NCBI GenBank assembly: GCA_963817895.1
Contig: CAWFQB010000011.1
Location: forward strand, 1 to 64,000
DNA from: an uncultured Chthonomonadaceae bacterium
GTDB taxonomy: Bacteria > Armatimonadota > Chthonomonadetes > Chthonomonadales > Chthonomonadaceae
Reading direction: 5' to 3'
Length of the DNA: 64,000 nucleotides
The notes under the pieces were generated by a model, which was not told the origin of the DNA, ran no database searches, and worked only from the letters and a program-made list of their open reading frames with translations. Shown piece after piece: positions 11,627 to 22,821 of the stretch (the first letter of the stretch is position 1; each line of letters begins with the position of its first letter). The translations under genes and the position numbers were made by a program.

Positions 11627-13249
11627 ATGCGTCAACTGAAAACTACTTTGTCCGCGCTTGCGATAAGCGGTTTGTGCCTGTCACTTACGAGCGCGTTTGT
11701 TGCCGGGGCGATGCGCAGCCCACGCGCAAAAGACGCGCAAAGCGCGAACAACTGGCCGCAGGCGGCGGGGCCGAACGGCTCGTGGGCCGTCACCGTCACC
11801 GGGCGCGATGTTCCCCTGCAATGGAGCGTGACGCGCAACCAGAATATCGTGTGGAAAACCACGCTGCCTGAAGAGGGGCAAAGCGGCATTGCCGTGTGGG
11901 GCAATCGCCTGTTCCTGACCACGATGAAACAGCTGGAGTCGGATACGGCGCGTAAGGAGGGGCATGAGGCCGTCGGTTACTGTCTGGACAGCCGAACCGG
12001 CAAAATCCTGTGGACATGCGATCTGCCCGGAAGCGAGGACAGCACCTATGCCTACGGTTTCAGCGACTCGTCTTCGCCCACGCCCATCACGGACGGCAAG
12101 CATGTGTGGTTCGTCAATTCCAGCGGTTCGGTCGGGTGTTGGGATGTGGAGGGGCATCGACTCTGGCTGCGGGAGTGGAAGCCAACGGGTGGGCGGCCCT
12201 TCAACAAGCAGTTCGAGCCGTTCATGGCCGGGAATGCGCTGGTCAACATGGAACCCCGCGATGCGGACGACCCCAAACGCGAAAAGGACGCCTGGAACTA
12301 CCTGCGCGGGCTGGACAAAAACACGGGCAAAACGCTGTGGGTATCCGACGACGCCATGACGCACTACAATACGCCGGTTATGGGGACAACCGCCGAAGGA
12401 CTTCCCGCCGTGTTGCAGGGACGGGGCGGGTATCACGACGCGCCGGAAACGCCCATTGGCCTGTCGCTGACAAGCCTCGCGCCTGGCCGGGAGGGCAAAA
12501 CGCTGTGGCTGTACGAGGCCAAAGGCAAAGCGCTGTACAATATGCACTGGGACAAACAACACGCCTACTGGATCAATTCCGACAACAGCGAACACGTTGT
12601 CATTGATACCCGCAATGGCAAATGGATTAAAACGCAGTCCCTTACGGCCAAAGCGGACGTGCGCCGTTATGACGCGCCGACAGGCAAATATGTTCTGGAA
12701 GCCGACGTTGACCTGAGCAAGATGTCGCCGCCCGTCCATGTGTTTCCCGGCTGGTTCACCAACATCGTTGTCGGCGACTGGCACTATTTCCTGTGCTTTA
12801 CGGATGCGGCCAGCCATTCCGGGCCAGCCCATTGCGTGGGGCGCGTCAACATCCGAACCGACAAAGTGGAGTATCTGGAATTGCCCGTGCAGGTGACGCG
12901 CGAAGCGGGCCAGCCGGATAAAATGCTATGGGGACAGGAACAGCCCTCGTCTACCGTCAACTCGCGCGGCATTGACGCGGCGGGCGACCCGCGCTCAAAG
13001 CGCGACGGCTGGTGGTGGTGCATGTTGGGCAGCCCAACCGTCGTCAACGGTAAAATCTTCTTTACCACCATGCTCGGCGTGACGTATGTGATTGACGGGC
13101 AGGCGCAGGTGTTGGACGAAAAGGCGTTGCTTGCCGTCAACGATCTCGGTCTGGCCGGACAAACCTGGAGCCTGAATAGCGTCAGTTACGCCAATGGTCG
13201 TTTGTACCATCGCAGCCTGAAAGAAGTGGTCTGTATCGGCAGAAAATAG
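11627..13249 (+). CDS. Secreted PQQ-binding-like beta-propeller repeat protein
   Basis: Signal peptide, NWPQAAGPNG, NIVWKTTLP, SPTPITDGKHV, LDKNTGKTLW. Confidence 0.85.
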   Translation: MRQLKTTLSALAISGLCLSLTSAFVAGAMRSPRAKDAQSANNWPQAAGPNGSWAVTVTGRDVPLQWSVTRNQNIVWKTTLPEEGQSGIAVWGNRLFLTTMKQLESDTARKEGHEAVGYCLDSRTGKILWTCDLPGSEDSTYAYGFSDSSSPTPITDGKHVWFVNSSGSVGCWDVEGHRLWLREWKPTGGRPFNKQFEPFMAGNALVNMEPRDADDPKREKDAWNYLRGLDKNTGKTLWVSDDAMTHYNTPVMGTTAEGLPAVLQGRGGYHDAPETPIGLSLTSLAPGREGKTLWLYEAKGKALYNMHWDKQHAYWINSDNSEHVVIDTRNGKWIKTQSLTAKADVRRYDAPTGKYVLEADVDLSKMSPPVHVFPGWFTNIVVGDWHYFLCFTDAASHSGPAHCVGRVNIRTDKVEYLELPVQVTREAGQPDKMLWGQEQPSSTVNSRGIDAAGDPRSKRDGWWWCMLGSPTVVNGKIFFTTMLGVTYVIDGQAQVLDEKALLAVNDLGLAGQTWSLNSVSYANGRLYHRSLKEVVCIGRK

Positions 13250-13365
13250 ACCAATCGCGTCTGTAATTGACAAGTACACACCCATTGTGGATGCAGAATT
13301 GTTGCTTCACAAGCGGCGTTTCGTGATAAAATAAACCGGTAGATTAGAAGGAGGTTACTTCACAA

Positions 13366-13627
13366 ATGGTCAATGTCAGCATAGCCATGCCCGAGCAAAT
13401 GAATCAATATATCGAAGAGCGGATCATGGAAGGACGCTACCAGTAACACCGGCGAATATTTTCGCAGTCTGGTGCGCGAAGATCAGAAAAGACGTACTGA
13501 GGAATGTCTTGAGGCAAGTTTGCTGCGTGGGTTGGATTCCCCGGCAAGCGAATGGACGCCGGAAGACGCGCCGCATATTAAACAGGCTGTGCGAGAGCGT
13601 TTAGCGGAAGCGCAACAGCAGGGATGA
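13366..13627 (+). CDS. ParD-family RHH antitoxin (one frameshift near 13441)
   Basis: MVNVSIAMPEQMNQYIEERIMEGRY/SNTGEYFRSLVREDQKR...LLRGLDS; GGAGG RBS; stop overlaps the toxin start (ATGA). Confidence 0.85.
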
Positions 13628-13955
13628 GTCGTATAATCATTGTCCATGAGGAAGCGCGTTTCGATGCTATTGAGGCGGCCTACTACATTGCCGAAGACAG
13701 TCTGGAAGCCGCGGATCGGTTTGCGGATCGGTTGATGCCATGTACCGGGAGTTGGCCGATATGCCCGGTATAGGAGTGCGGCGGAGCTACGGTAATCCCA
13801 AACTTGCCAATATGCGGATGTGTCCTGTTACCGGATTCCCAAAGTATCTTGTCTTCTATCGCGCTACGGAAGCAGAACTTCGCGTTATACGGCTTATGCA
13901 CGGCTCACAAGACATCGAAAGTGTTTTTCGTCCCCAAAAAGCGGAGGAAGAGTAA
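13624..13955 (+). CDS. ParE/RelE-family toxin (one frameshift near 13730)
   Basis: MSRIIIVHEEARFDAIEAAYYIAEDSLEAADRF...LADMPGIG...FPKYLVFYR...VIRLMHGSQDI. Confidence 0.85.
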
Positions 13956-13993
13956 TCCAACCCTCTTTGTTGCTTTGTTACGGGTCCTGATAT

Positions 13994-14029
13994 AAAACAG
14001 CCGGAGGCGTGAAAGCCTCCGGCTGTTTT
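13994..14029. terminator. Bidirectional intrinsic terminator
   Basis: aaaacagccggaggc-gtgaaa-gcctccggctgtttt between convergent genes. Confidence 0.85.
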
Positions 14030-14041
14030 GTAGTGAGTCCC

Positions 14042-14245
14042 TTATTGCGCCGCAACGGCTGCTTCAGGAGCCATTTGCGTTGGCTGCGGCACATCGGCGA
14101 CGGCGGTTGCTACCGACGTGGAGGCCGAAACAGCCGTATCACCCGGTTTTGGCAGCGGGGGCAGCGTGGTTTTGAAGGTATGCGCAGGTTTGACTGCATG
14201 GTTGTGATGGCGCGGTTTATGTCGGCCCTGGTGGCGAGAAGCCAT
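14042..14245 (-). CDS. Small hypothetical protein with a His/Arg-rich N-terminus
   Basis: AGGAGA RBS, terminator directly downstream, 67 aa. Confidence 0.55.
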   Translation of the reverse strand: MASRHQGRHKPRHHNHAVKPAHTFKTTLPPLPKPGDTAVSASTSVATAVADVPQPTQMAPEAAVAAQ

Positions 14246-14382
14246 AATTTTTGTTCTCCTGTGATGCTATTAAAATGGTTGGTAAAATGTTCGGGACATT
14301 GCCCCACTACTATACCCTGAAAACGGCGTTTTCGAGATATTTTGGCCTGATTTTGTCTTCGGATACCCACAACCCCACTCGG

Positions 14383-16447
14383 TCAATGCTGAAATCGCGC
14401 CGATGTCGGGCGGCATGGCGACGGGCAGAAGTTTGCCTGCAAAATCGCGGCTGTTGTTACGCCGAGCAGCCTTCCCGCGCCCATACAGGGCGAACCTGAC
14501 AGCAGAACATAGCCATGCAGGCTGCATCCAGTCCGTTCTGCCGCTTCCGGGAGTTGCCAGCATTGGATTTGTCAGAATGGCGCGGGCATCATCGGGACGT
14601 TGCGCAAACTCGCCCCAAAAACTATTATGGTCAAAAACGATCCCGATCATTTTGCCCGAAGCGAAGTTTGCCTTGCCGTCTGTGTAAAAGATGTTGTTGG
14701 CGAACCGCGTATCTTCGGGCCACTTGCCGCCCCAGTTGCCCGCCTGTAGCGCGTACAGGCCACTGCCCTTCTTTGTATAAAAGACGTTGTTGTAAATCTG
14801 CGTGTTGTGGCACGGGCCGGTAATCTGGAGGGTTCGCGCGCCGTCGTTCTGGCTGATGTTGTAGCGTATCACCGTGCCGATGTTGCCGATGCTGTACGGC
14901 ATTTTGGAAGCGCCGTCGCAGCAAATCAGCATAAATCCGCCCTCGTTGTCGTGGCTGTAGTTGTACTGAAACAGCGTGTTGCGGCAGTTCCAATCGGAAT
15001 CGTAGCCCTGCCCGTCCTTTGTCCCCTTCATGCCGCTCACTTCGTTGAACTGTATGATGGTGTTGTCGCAGCTCCAGGGCCAGATGCCCGCCGCGTAATC
15101 CTCGCACCGCTGCCGCCCGCCGCGCAGGATGTTCCGCTCTATGAGCGCGCCGTCGCAGCCAATGGGAACAATGCCGTCGCCGCCAATGTCTTCCAGCAGG
15201 TTGCCGCGAATCACGATATGCAGGCTCGGAAACCAGTCCTTCCGCGCCCAGTAGCCGTTCATCGTGATGCCGTTGCGGTCTGTGTGGCGCAGGCGGCAGT
15301 TCTCGATTTTCAGCCCGTCGAAGCGGCTTTTCACTGTGTCGCCGCCACACGCGCAATGAATACCGCTGCCGCCACCCTCTGATTTCACCAGACTGCCCGT
15401 TACGTCATGGATGTCCAGACCTGCCAGTTCAATACCATGCGCCACGCCGAAATTGTCCAGTGTCACCAGTACGCCCGCGAGATTGGGAGTTCGTCCAATG
15501 CCTTTGTTGTCAATGTCGAGGTTGCGAACCCGCCAGTGTTCCATGTTATGCAGATACACCGTTGCCAGCGTTCTGCCACCGCCCGCAATGCGCGGTTTCG
15601 GCCCCTGCCCGTACATGTCCAGCGTAATCGGCGATTGTTCGCTGCCGCTGCCGCCCGGAGCCAGAAATCCCGTCCATGTTCCGCCCGCCCGCAGCAAAAT
15701 TTTATCACCCGGCGCGAACGCGCCCGCATTGACGCGCTTCAGCGTTTGCCATGCCTGACTTCGCGCCTGTGCCGTCCGCGCTGTCGTTGCCTCCCGCGCT
15801 GTCTACGTAGTAAGTTGTGTTTCCCGAAGATTTCCAGTCACGGACCGGCGCGGGCAGGGGCGCGTCGAACGGCGCATTGGCGGGGTCGGTTTCAATGACC
15901 AGATTGTCAATCGCCAACGCGCCCTGATTCTGGATGCCGATGATGAGATAGTAGTCCGCAGAATTGCGCGTGGTCAGGGGCATTGCGACATGCCCGGTCA
16001 CGCCCGCTTCGCCCTTCCAATCCTGCCAGCTCTCGCTGCTGTCGGGCTTGCTCGCCTGCCGGAACAGGGCATAAAACTGCGCTTTCGGACTTCGCGCCAA
16101 AACTTTGTAATCGAACGTGACCCGGTACGCCTGATGCGGCAGAAGTATTCCCTGCCGCAAATGGAAAAACTCGTTCCATTCGGCGTTCGACGTTCGCGCA
16201 TCCCCCTTCAGCGACCGCTTGCCCGCCACCACCTCGTTCGCTGCTGTCGTCAACACGGCAGAACCCACTGTTTCCGACGCGACAATCGGCTTCGCATCCT
16301 CTTTCTCAAAATCCGCCCGCAACACCACTTTAGGCGCTTCTCCCGCCTGCCGCACAGCCGGAATGCTCGACACATCCCGCCACTCGCCACAAGCATAAGC
16401 AGCCACGCGATTATCCATCGAGAAAATTTGACTTTATACCGCCACAT
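14383..16447 (-). CDS. Secreted right-handed parallel beta-helix protein with an N-terminal carbohydrate-binding-like domain (frameshifts)
   Basis: TTYYVDSAGGNDSADG, DIGGDGIV, AGIWPWSCDNTIIQFNEVS, DGQGYDSDWNC, YNYSHDNEGG, RYNISQND. Confidence 0.82.
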
Positions 16448-16572
16448 TTCTATACTCCCGCGCTGTAAGGCTTTTTGTGCAGCAGGCTACACATAATATG
16501 AGCCAAAAGCAACAACGCCGAACATCTTCTGTGTCGGCGTTTATGTTCAGTTGTAAACAGGTTAAGCGCTGA

Positions 16573-16818
16573 TCAGGCAGTTTGTTTAGCGCGCGTCCCA
16601 CGCAAACGAATGCCGCCAACAGGCTGTGCAGGGACGGGATTGAGTTGTCCCTGAGCCTTCAGTTGGCTTATACGCTCCCATGTTCTTTCAAAAGCGGGTT
16701 CATCACGGTCACGAATGTAGCGGGGTTCCGCAACCCCCCTGCATGTTTTCGTTACCTCAAGGCTCTCAGCGCTAACAAGAATCACTATTGGTTTCTTCTT
16801 CACTTTCGCCATTAACAT
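16573..16818 (-). CDS. Small hypothetical protein
   Basis: 81-aa ORF with AGGGG RBS in an AT-richer islet. Confidence 0.45.
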   Translation of the reverse strand: MLMAKVKKKPIVILVSAESLEVTKTCRGVAEPRYIRDRDEPAFERTWERISQLKAQGQLNPVPAQPVGGIRLRGTRAKQTA

Positions 16819-16993
16819 CTACCCCTTTTCTTCAAGATAAACTTGAAGAGCCTGAATACAGGGAAAGTCTCACCCAAATAAAAGATAGCCGCACCCTCGT
16901 TACCATAATTATACCACCAATTTCAGTCACCTTATGCGATAATAGAGGAACAATGTGAGAACGTAATCACCCATTAACCAACAGGAGGATGAC

Positions 16994-17203
16994 ATGATGG
17001 CACAAACGGTTACTCCTTTGCAGCAGACAACTTCTGAAACGGAAGAATTACAGGCAGATGAAGCGGCGGCTTATCTGGAATATTTGAATGGACGCGATCA
17101 ACAGGTGAAACTTGCGCGCGAGAAGTACCCGGAGGACTACGCCGAGTACCAGAAGCGCGAACTGGAACGCGCCAAACACATCATTGCGTCTGAAGCAGAA
17201 TAA
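16994..17203 (+). CDS. Small acidic helical hypothetical protein
   Basis: AGGAGG RBS; 69 aa. Confidence 0.6.
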   Translation: MMAQTVTPLQQTTSETEELQADEAAAYLEYLNGRDQQVKLAREKYPEDYAEYQKRELERAKHIIASEAE

Positions 17204-17236
17204 AGGGCTTTACTTCGCGGCGACGGGTTTGTTCAA

Positions 17237-18224
17237 TCATTTCCACGCGCCGACGTACATCACTTCCTCTTCCAATACGACGCCGAACCGTTCCCGAACC
17301 TGCGCTTTCACATACTCCGCAACCTGCCGGACATTGCTTGCCGTCGCGCTGCCTAAGTTGACCAGAAAATTACCGTGCTGACGGGAAATGGCCGCGCCGC
17401 CCACGCGATACCCCTTGCAGTTACACGCTTCCGAGAGATACCCGGCGGGAACAATGCCTTTCTGCTTCATCGGTTCAGGCAGGTTGGGGAGGTTTTGCGC
17501 GAGTTCCAGATCGTTGACGTTCTTGAAAAAACTGCCCGCCGAGGGTTCCCAGGGTTGCTTTAAAATCCGCTGCATTTGCAGGTCTTTGGCTTTCAGGCGA
17601 ATTTGCGTTTTGGGCGCGGGCGCAAGCCGCAGGCGGGCGGCAAGCAGGATGGCGGGGCGCAGATTGTCGCGGCGCAGGCGGCTGTCGCGATACGAAAACT
17701 CCATCCATTCCGGGCCGACCCATTTGCGTTCGCCCTGTTCCACCACTTCTACGGCCTCCACCAAATCGCAGATGTTGGCGCGGTATGCCCCCGCGTTGGA
17801 AACCAGCGCGCCGCCCACTGTGCCGGGAATCCCGACCGCGAATTCCAGCCCCGAAAGTTCCGCCCGCATGGTCTTCAAGAAACAGGCGCATGAAATTATG
17901 CCCCGAGTCCACCCGGGTTTCGGTTCCGATTTCGGCGTCCTGACCGGCGTTGCGCAGAACCATGCCGCGTATGCCCGCATCGCTGACGCAGACATTGCTG
18001 CCCTCGCCCAAAACAAAATGCGGCAACCCGTACTTTTGCGCGACCCCGGCCACTTCCGCCAGCGTATCCACACTCGTCGCGTTCAAAAAATAATCGGCAG
18101 GCCCGCCCACCCGCAGGCTCGTATGCAGGCGCATAGGCTCATTAAGCCGTACCTGCGCGCGCGTTTCCGGCGAAAGACACGCCAGCGCGTCTTCCCAAAC
18201 ATCAATTCGAGTCGTTGTCGTCAT
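17237..18224 (-). CDS. murB: UDP-N-acetylenolpyruvoylglucosamine reductase (frameshift near 17880)
   Basis: HTSLRVGGPAD, LGEGSN, GLEFAVGIPGTVGGALVSNAGAY, FSYRDS, PSAGSFFKN, HGNFLVN, LEEEV. Confidence 0.95.
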
Positions 18225-18247
18225 GGCAAGATTTTAACACAAAAACA

Positions 18248-18483
18248 CAGAAAGAGAGTTAAACCACGGGGAACACAGGGGACACGGGGAGGAGAGGGGA
18301 AGAAATAGACAGGATTAACAGGATTTTCAGGATTAAACAGGATTAGGAATATGGATAATCAGCCTGTTTACCTGATTATCCGCGAATATCCGTTTTATCC
18401 GTTTCATCCGTGGTAAATATGTCCCAATCTTTTCCTCTCCTCCCCGTGTCCCCCGTGTTCCCCGTGGTTTAACTCTCTTTCTG
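18248..18483. repeat. 50-bp inverted repeat (1 mismatch) enclosing nested (ACAGGATT)- and (ATCCG)-type tandem tracts
   Basis: Arms 18248-18297 and 18434-18483. Confidence 0.9.
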
Positions 18484-19807
18484 GTTGAGCAGGGTTTGTA
18501 CGGCGTGGTGGAGGAGGGGTTCGCAGCCGGGGGCGAATGCCAGTGTGCCGTAGTATTGGTGCGCCCCATCCACTTCGTAGCCGCCGCGCGCATGTTCCGC
18601 ATCGGTGGGAACATAGCCCCAACAGCCGTTCGTGAAGCCCAGACAGAAGAGCGGGGCGGAGGATTGCGCCATAAGATCAAGTTGATACTGTACGAACATT
18701 TCAGCCGGGGAAGCCAAGTAGCGTCGCCCCGCCGAGCGTGAGTTTTTGGATTGTGAACGGCTGTAAGAATTCAAAGTCGGGGCTGTGATGAATCAATTGC
18801 GCCGCTTTTGCCCATTCCAAACGTCCCTGCGCCGCTAGCCCGCGAACGTCTTCCGGGTTATCGGGAAGAGTCTGTTGCATCAATTCAAGGCTCGCGTTGA
18901 TCTCCTGTTCGCACGCTTCCCACGAGGGCGGCGGAACAAGCGGCAGTTGTACCGTCGTTTCCGCATAACCTAAAGTGTCGTCCATGCGTCCGTGCGCGTT
19001 CCAGCGGGCGGTATGGGCCGCGTCCGCGATAATGTTGCCGTTGTGCTGCACATCGGGCCAGGTTCCGCGCCGCATGGGGTTGATGTCGCCACAGCAGGCT
19101 TGCAAAAAGAACGGCAGGGCGTCGGCGGCAATGCCCGTATCGGCGGACTCGGCGCGGAACCGCTCCTTCAATCGCGCCACTGCCGCGCCCGGCCAGTCCG
19201 CCGTCAGCAGCCGATTGTCCCCTACCATTGCCGTCGGGTGACACGCATGGCTGAACAGCAGGGCAAATGTCCGCCCGTCCGCGCTGTTGACGCACATTAC
19301 CTGCACAAGCGGCGAAATTGGCCCGCCGTAATTGTGTCCGATTTTTACGCTGCCGTCCGTTTGGGTGGCGCGGCGATTGATGCCGATTTGCGCGGACGCT
19401 TCGCCATACGTGAGATGCGCGGGCTGCAAGTGGGCGGCGGCCTGCCGCGCCGCGCCCCTAAGTTTGCGCATCAGCAGGGCGTTGTACGCCGCGTCCTGTT
19501 CGCCCATGCCGCGATAGGGATACACATACGGCCCGCCGTGCGTGTGGGTGGCATGAAGCATCACGGCCTGCGGAACCGTGCCGATTTCCTGAGCAATGGT
19601 TTCGCGCGCCGTCTGCTGCCATTCGGGAAACGCGGCTAAATCCGCCGTCACCAGCGCAACCCGCGTTTGCCCGTTGTCCAGCACAAGGGCGCGGGCATAC
19701 AATTCGTCATGAACGCCCGTTGCTCGTCCGCGCCCGATGTAGCCGCCCATCCACACATCCGGCGGCGGCGTAATATTGGTTTCGCATACTCCGGCATAAA
19801 GCGGCAT
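18469..19807 (-). CDS. Neutral/alkaline ceramidase N-terminal-domain family hydrolase (frameshift near 18705)
   Basis: NITPP, GVHDELYARALVL, ATHTHGGP, GINRR, HACHPT, TADWPG, CGDINP, YVPT...GGYE. Confidence 0.85.
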
Positions 19808-19824
19808 CGCAAACTCCAGTACTC

Positions 19825-20620
19825 CTACTTTATTTTTTCATCGCCTTTGATTTTCAGCAGTTCGGGGATGGTGACGCAGCGATAGCCACGCGCCTGCAAT
19901 CCCTTGATTACGAGGGGAAGAGCCTCTACAGTCGTGTCGCGGGACACGCTGCCGCCATCATGCAGCAGCAGAATGTCGCCGGGATGAATCATGCGCAGGA
20001 CGCGATCCGCCATCTGCTGTGGCGCGGGGGTTGCATGGTGTTCCAGCGCCACACTCCACAAAATGATATGGTCATCCCTCTGCTGCGCGGCGCGATAAAT
20101 GGTCGGATTCCACAGGCCACGCGGGGGACGGAACAGATAGGCGCGCAGGCCAAGCCGCGTTTGCAGGGCCGTATCACAGCCGTTGATTTCCGTTTGTACC
20201 TGCTGCGCGGACAGGCGATTCAGGTAGGGGTGCGTGTCCGTATGGTTGCCAATCACATGCCCCTGCGCGATAATGCGGCGGGCGAGTTCGGGATGGGCGC
20301 GCACGTTTTGACCCACCACAAAAAAGGTCGCGTGGGCGTTGCCGCGCTGTAAAATATCAAGAACCCGGGGCGTGTAGCGGGGATCGGGGCCGTCGTCAAT
20401 GGTCAGGGCAACCACTTTGGTTCCATCGGACGCTCGCGTTATCGGGACTATGCCACAGCACCAACCCGGAATGACGGTCATGCCACCATTCCACCAGCGT
20501 AAACCCATCCACACGGGTAAAGCAGACAAGCAGCAACGCGGAGAGCGCGACAGCGAATGCCCGCCGAAAAAAAATACGAGAAGGGCGCAGATTGGATAGC
20601 CGAAAACCCGTCTTCTTCAT
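19825..20620 (-). CDS. Polysaccharide deacetylase (NodB/CE4), membrane-anchored (frameshift near 20530)
   Basis: VALTIDDGP, ATFFVVG, GNHTDTHP, FRPPRG, ILLLHDG. Confidence 0.92.
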
Positions 20621-20736
20621 AACGTCATTATATCGTATATACGGCGGATACGCAACGGCAGGGATTTAAATTATGAGGTCAGCAGTATCATGGGCTTGCC
20701 CACTCTCGTTACGCCGCCGAACGGATTAGCCAAAGG

Positions 20737-22742
20737 TCATGTTTCCTTTCTTTTGCGCCGACTTTTGAATCCTTTTTGCATGGCGGCGAAAGTGGAGGCC
20801 AGAGACGCTATTTCGAGGCGTGGTTTCAGCGCGGCGATGTTGGGATGGTCCGGCGCGATCTGTTCCCACATTTGCAGCCACGCCTGCGCCCCTTTGTCCT
20901 CTCCTTCGTGAAGCAGCAACTCTATCTGGGCGCCTGCAATGGCGGAAAACTCGCTGACGTGCAAACGCCGTTGTTTTATCAACGGTTCCAGAATCGCCCG
21001 CGCTTCCTCAAGTTTGCCGTCCATGACGGCGATACGCGCCATGTTTACGCGGGCAAAGAGATAGTCAGGGTGCTGCTCGTGAACATAACGAATCATCTCC
21101 CTGTAATCTTCGAGGCGCTTTTGCGCCTGATAACTGGTCGCCAGATTATTGAGAATCGCCGGGTCATTCGGGTACTCCTCCAATGCCGCCGTGAACAGTT
21201 CTTCCGCTTTCTGCGCGTTGCCCGCGAATATCTCTTCCATCCCCTGCGCCAGCATATTCTGAACGCGCGGCGAATGGCGAATCACCGGTTCCGTGTAAAT
21301 TTCGTAGTTCATGGAGGCGATTTCCGTCCACTCGCCCTTGATCCACATGCGTATCGGAGTCCCCGGCTCCGTTTGTTCGGCCTGTGAAATGGCTTGCATC
21401 GCCTGTAGGCGCATCGCGTCCGGGCCATGCGAACTGGAAACATAATCGCGCAGAACTTGTTGTAACTCCGGGTTGTCGGAGTTGCCGGCGATAAGAAGGG
21501 CGTAAGTGCGTCCGATCAAATCGCCTTTTTCCAGCAGGATCGGCACGACACCGGCGATTTCAGGGTGTCGGCGCATGACAACGCGAACGGCGTCGGGCAG
21601 CGCGTCCTCTTGCTTCGATTTCATGGCGCTTACCAATTGCTCCTGCATATCGCGCATTGCTGGCTTCAGTACCCAGGTGGAAAGCGGGAACGGCCAGGGC
21701 GCGTGGCGCACCTCAAAGGGACGATCAAGGTCGTCGAGGTTCTTTTCGCCAGTTCGTATTCAGGCTCCAGCGCGAGCGCCTGCTCCCAGTGTTTGCGCGC
21801 TGTGGACTGCTTGCCCTGCCGCATCGCCGCCACGCCCGCCAGATGGTGCAGCAGCGGCTCATCGAAATCGCTTTTGTCCTCCTTTTCGACTTCGGCGCGC
21901 TTGTACGCGGCAAGAACGCCCGCGTCATCGCCCACAAAGGTCAGCCCCTCCGCCACTTTTACGTGTTTCTGGTAGGCTTCGGCTTTGCTGGCCTTGAGCG
22001 ATTGGGCGAACTCCTTTGCCTCTTCGGGGAATCCGGTTATCATCGCGAAATGCGTCAGATTGCACAGCGCGTGAACGTTGTCCGGCTCGAAATCCAAGAC
22101 GCCCCGCGCTGTCACAATGGCGTTGTCAATATCGCCTTCGGCGTAGTAGGATTGGCTGATATTATTGAGGACAGGCGCATAGTTCGGGTGGCGGTCGAGC
22201 AGTTTTTTCGCGGTCTGCCGCGCTTCCCGGTAGTGTCCGCTTTCCAGCAGCATCTGCGTTTTCTCATGCAGCGCGGCCAGTTCCATTTGGTCGGGGCCAG
22301 CAAGGCGTATGCCTGTCAGATACTCCGGCAGAAGTTTATGTATTTGCTCAATCATCTCCTTTGCCTGTTCGTCAAGGGGATAATCGGGCCAGCGCGTTAG
22401 AAAATCGGGCGCAGTCAGGGAGGCCAGGGCAAGGCGTCCATTGTTTGAATGAACACCGACAACGGCTATCGCCAGTTCCGGGTTATTCGGCGTGAGTTTG
22501 AGCAGGGCGTATCCCGCGCGCTCGTACAGCTGCATGTCTTTGATGTCGTAGGCGGCGTTCACCAGTTCGGTCAGCACTTCCACGCGGTTCGGGTAGCGCA
22601 GGTCGAGTTCTTCCAGCAGCGCAATGGCTTCGGGCGCGCGTTTGCGCTCCATGAGCGCGGCGGCGTTTCGCAGCCCCGCAAGCAACCCGGACGGCAATAA
22701 GGCCGTCGGCTTACGCATTATCTGTGCTTTCTTTTTCGGCAT
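20737..22742 (-). CDS. Tetratricopeptide repeat protein (frameshift near 21735)
   Basis: Repeated TPR helices (PVLNNISQSYY, PDNVHALCNL, AILNNLATSY, PDYLFARVNMA). Confidence 0.8.
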
Positions 22743-22821
22743 CAGAAAACTCTCCTGAGAAGATATGTAGATAGAAGATACGAGATACAAGCCGAACACC
22801 AAACACGGAACACCATTTCTA

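Noticed and set aside
18248..18483. Repeat clusters (also 24028-24184, 29446-29564, 49579-49684) as CRISPR arrays
   Set aside because: The units are 7-10-nt tandem or inverted tracts without unique spacers, and no cas genes are present.
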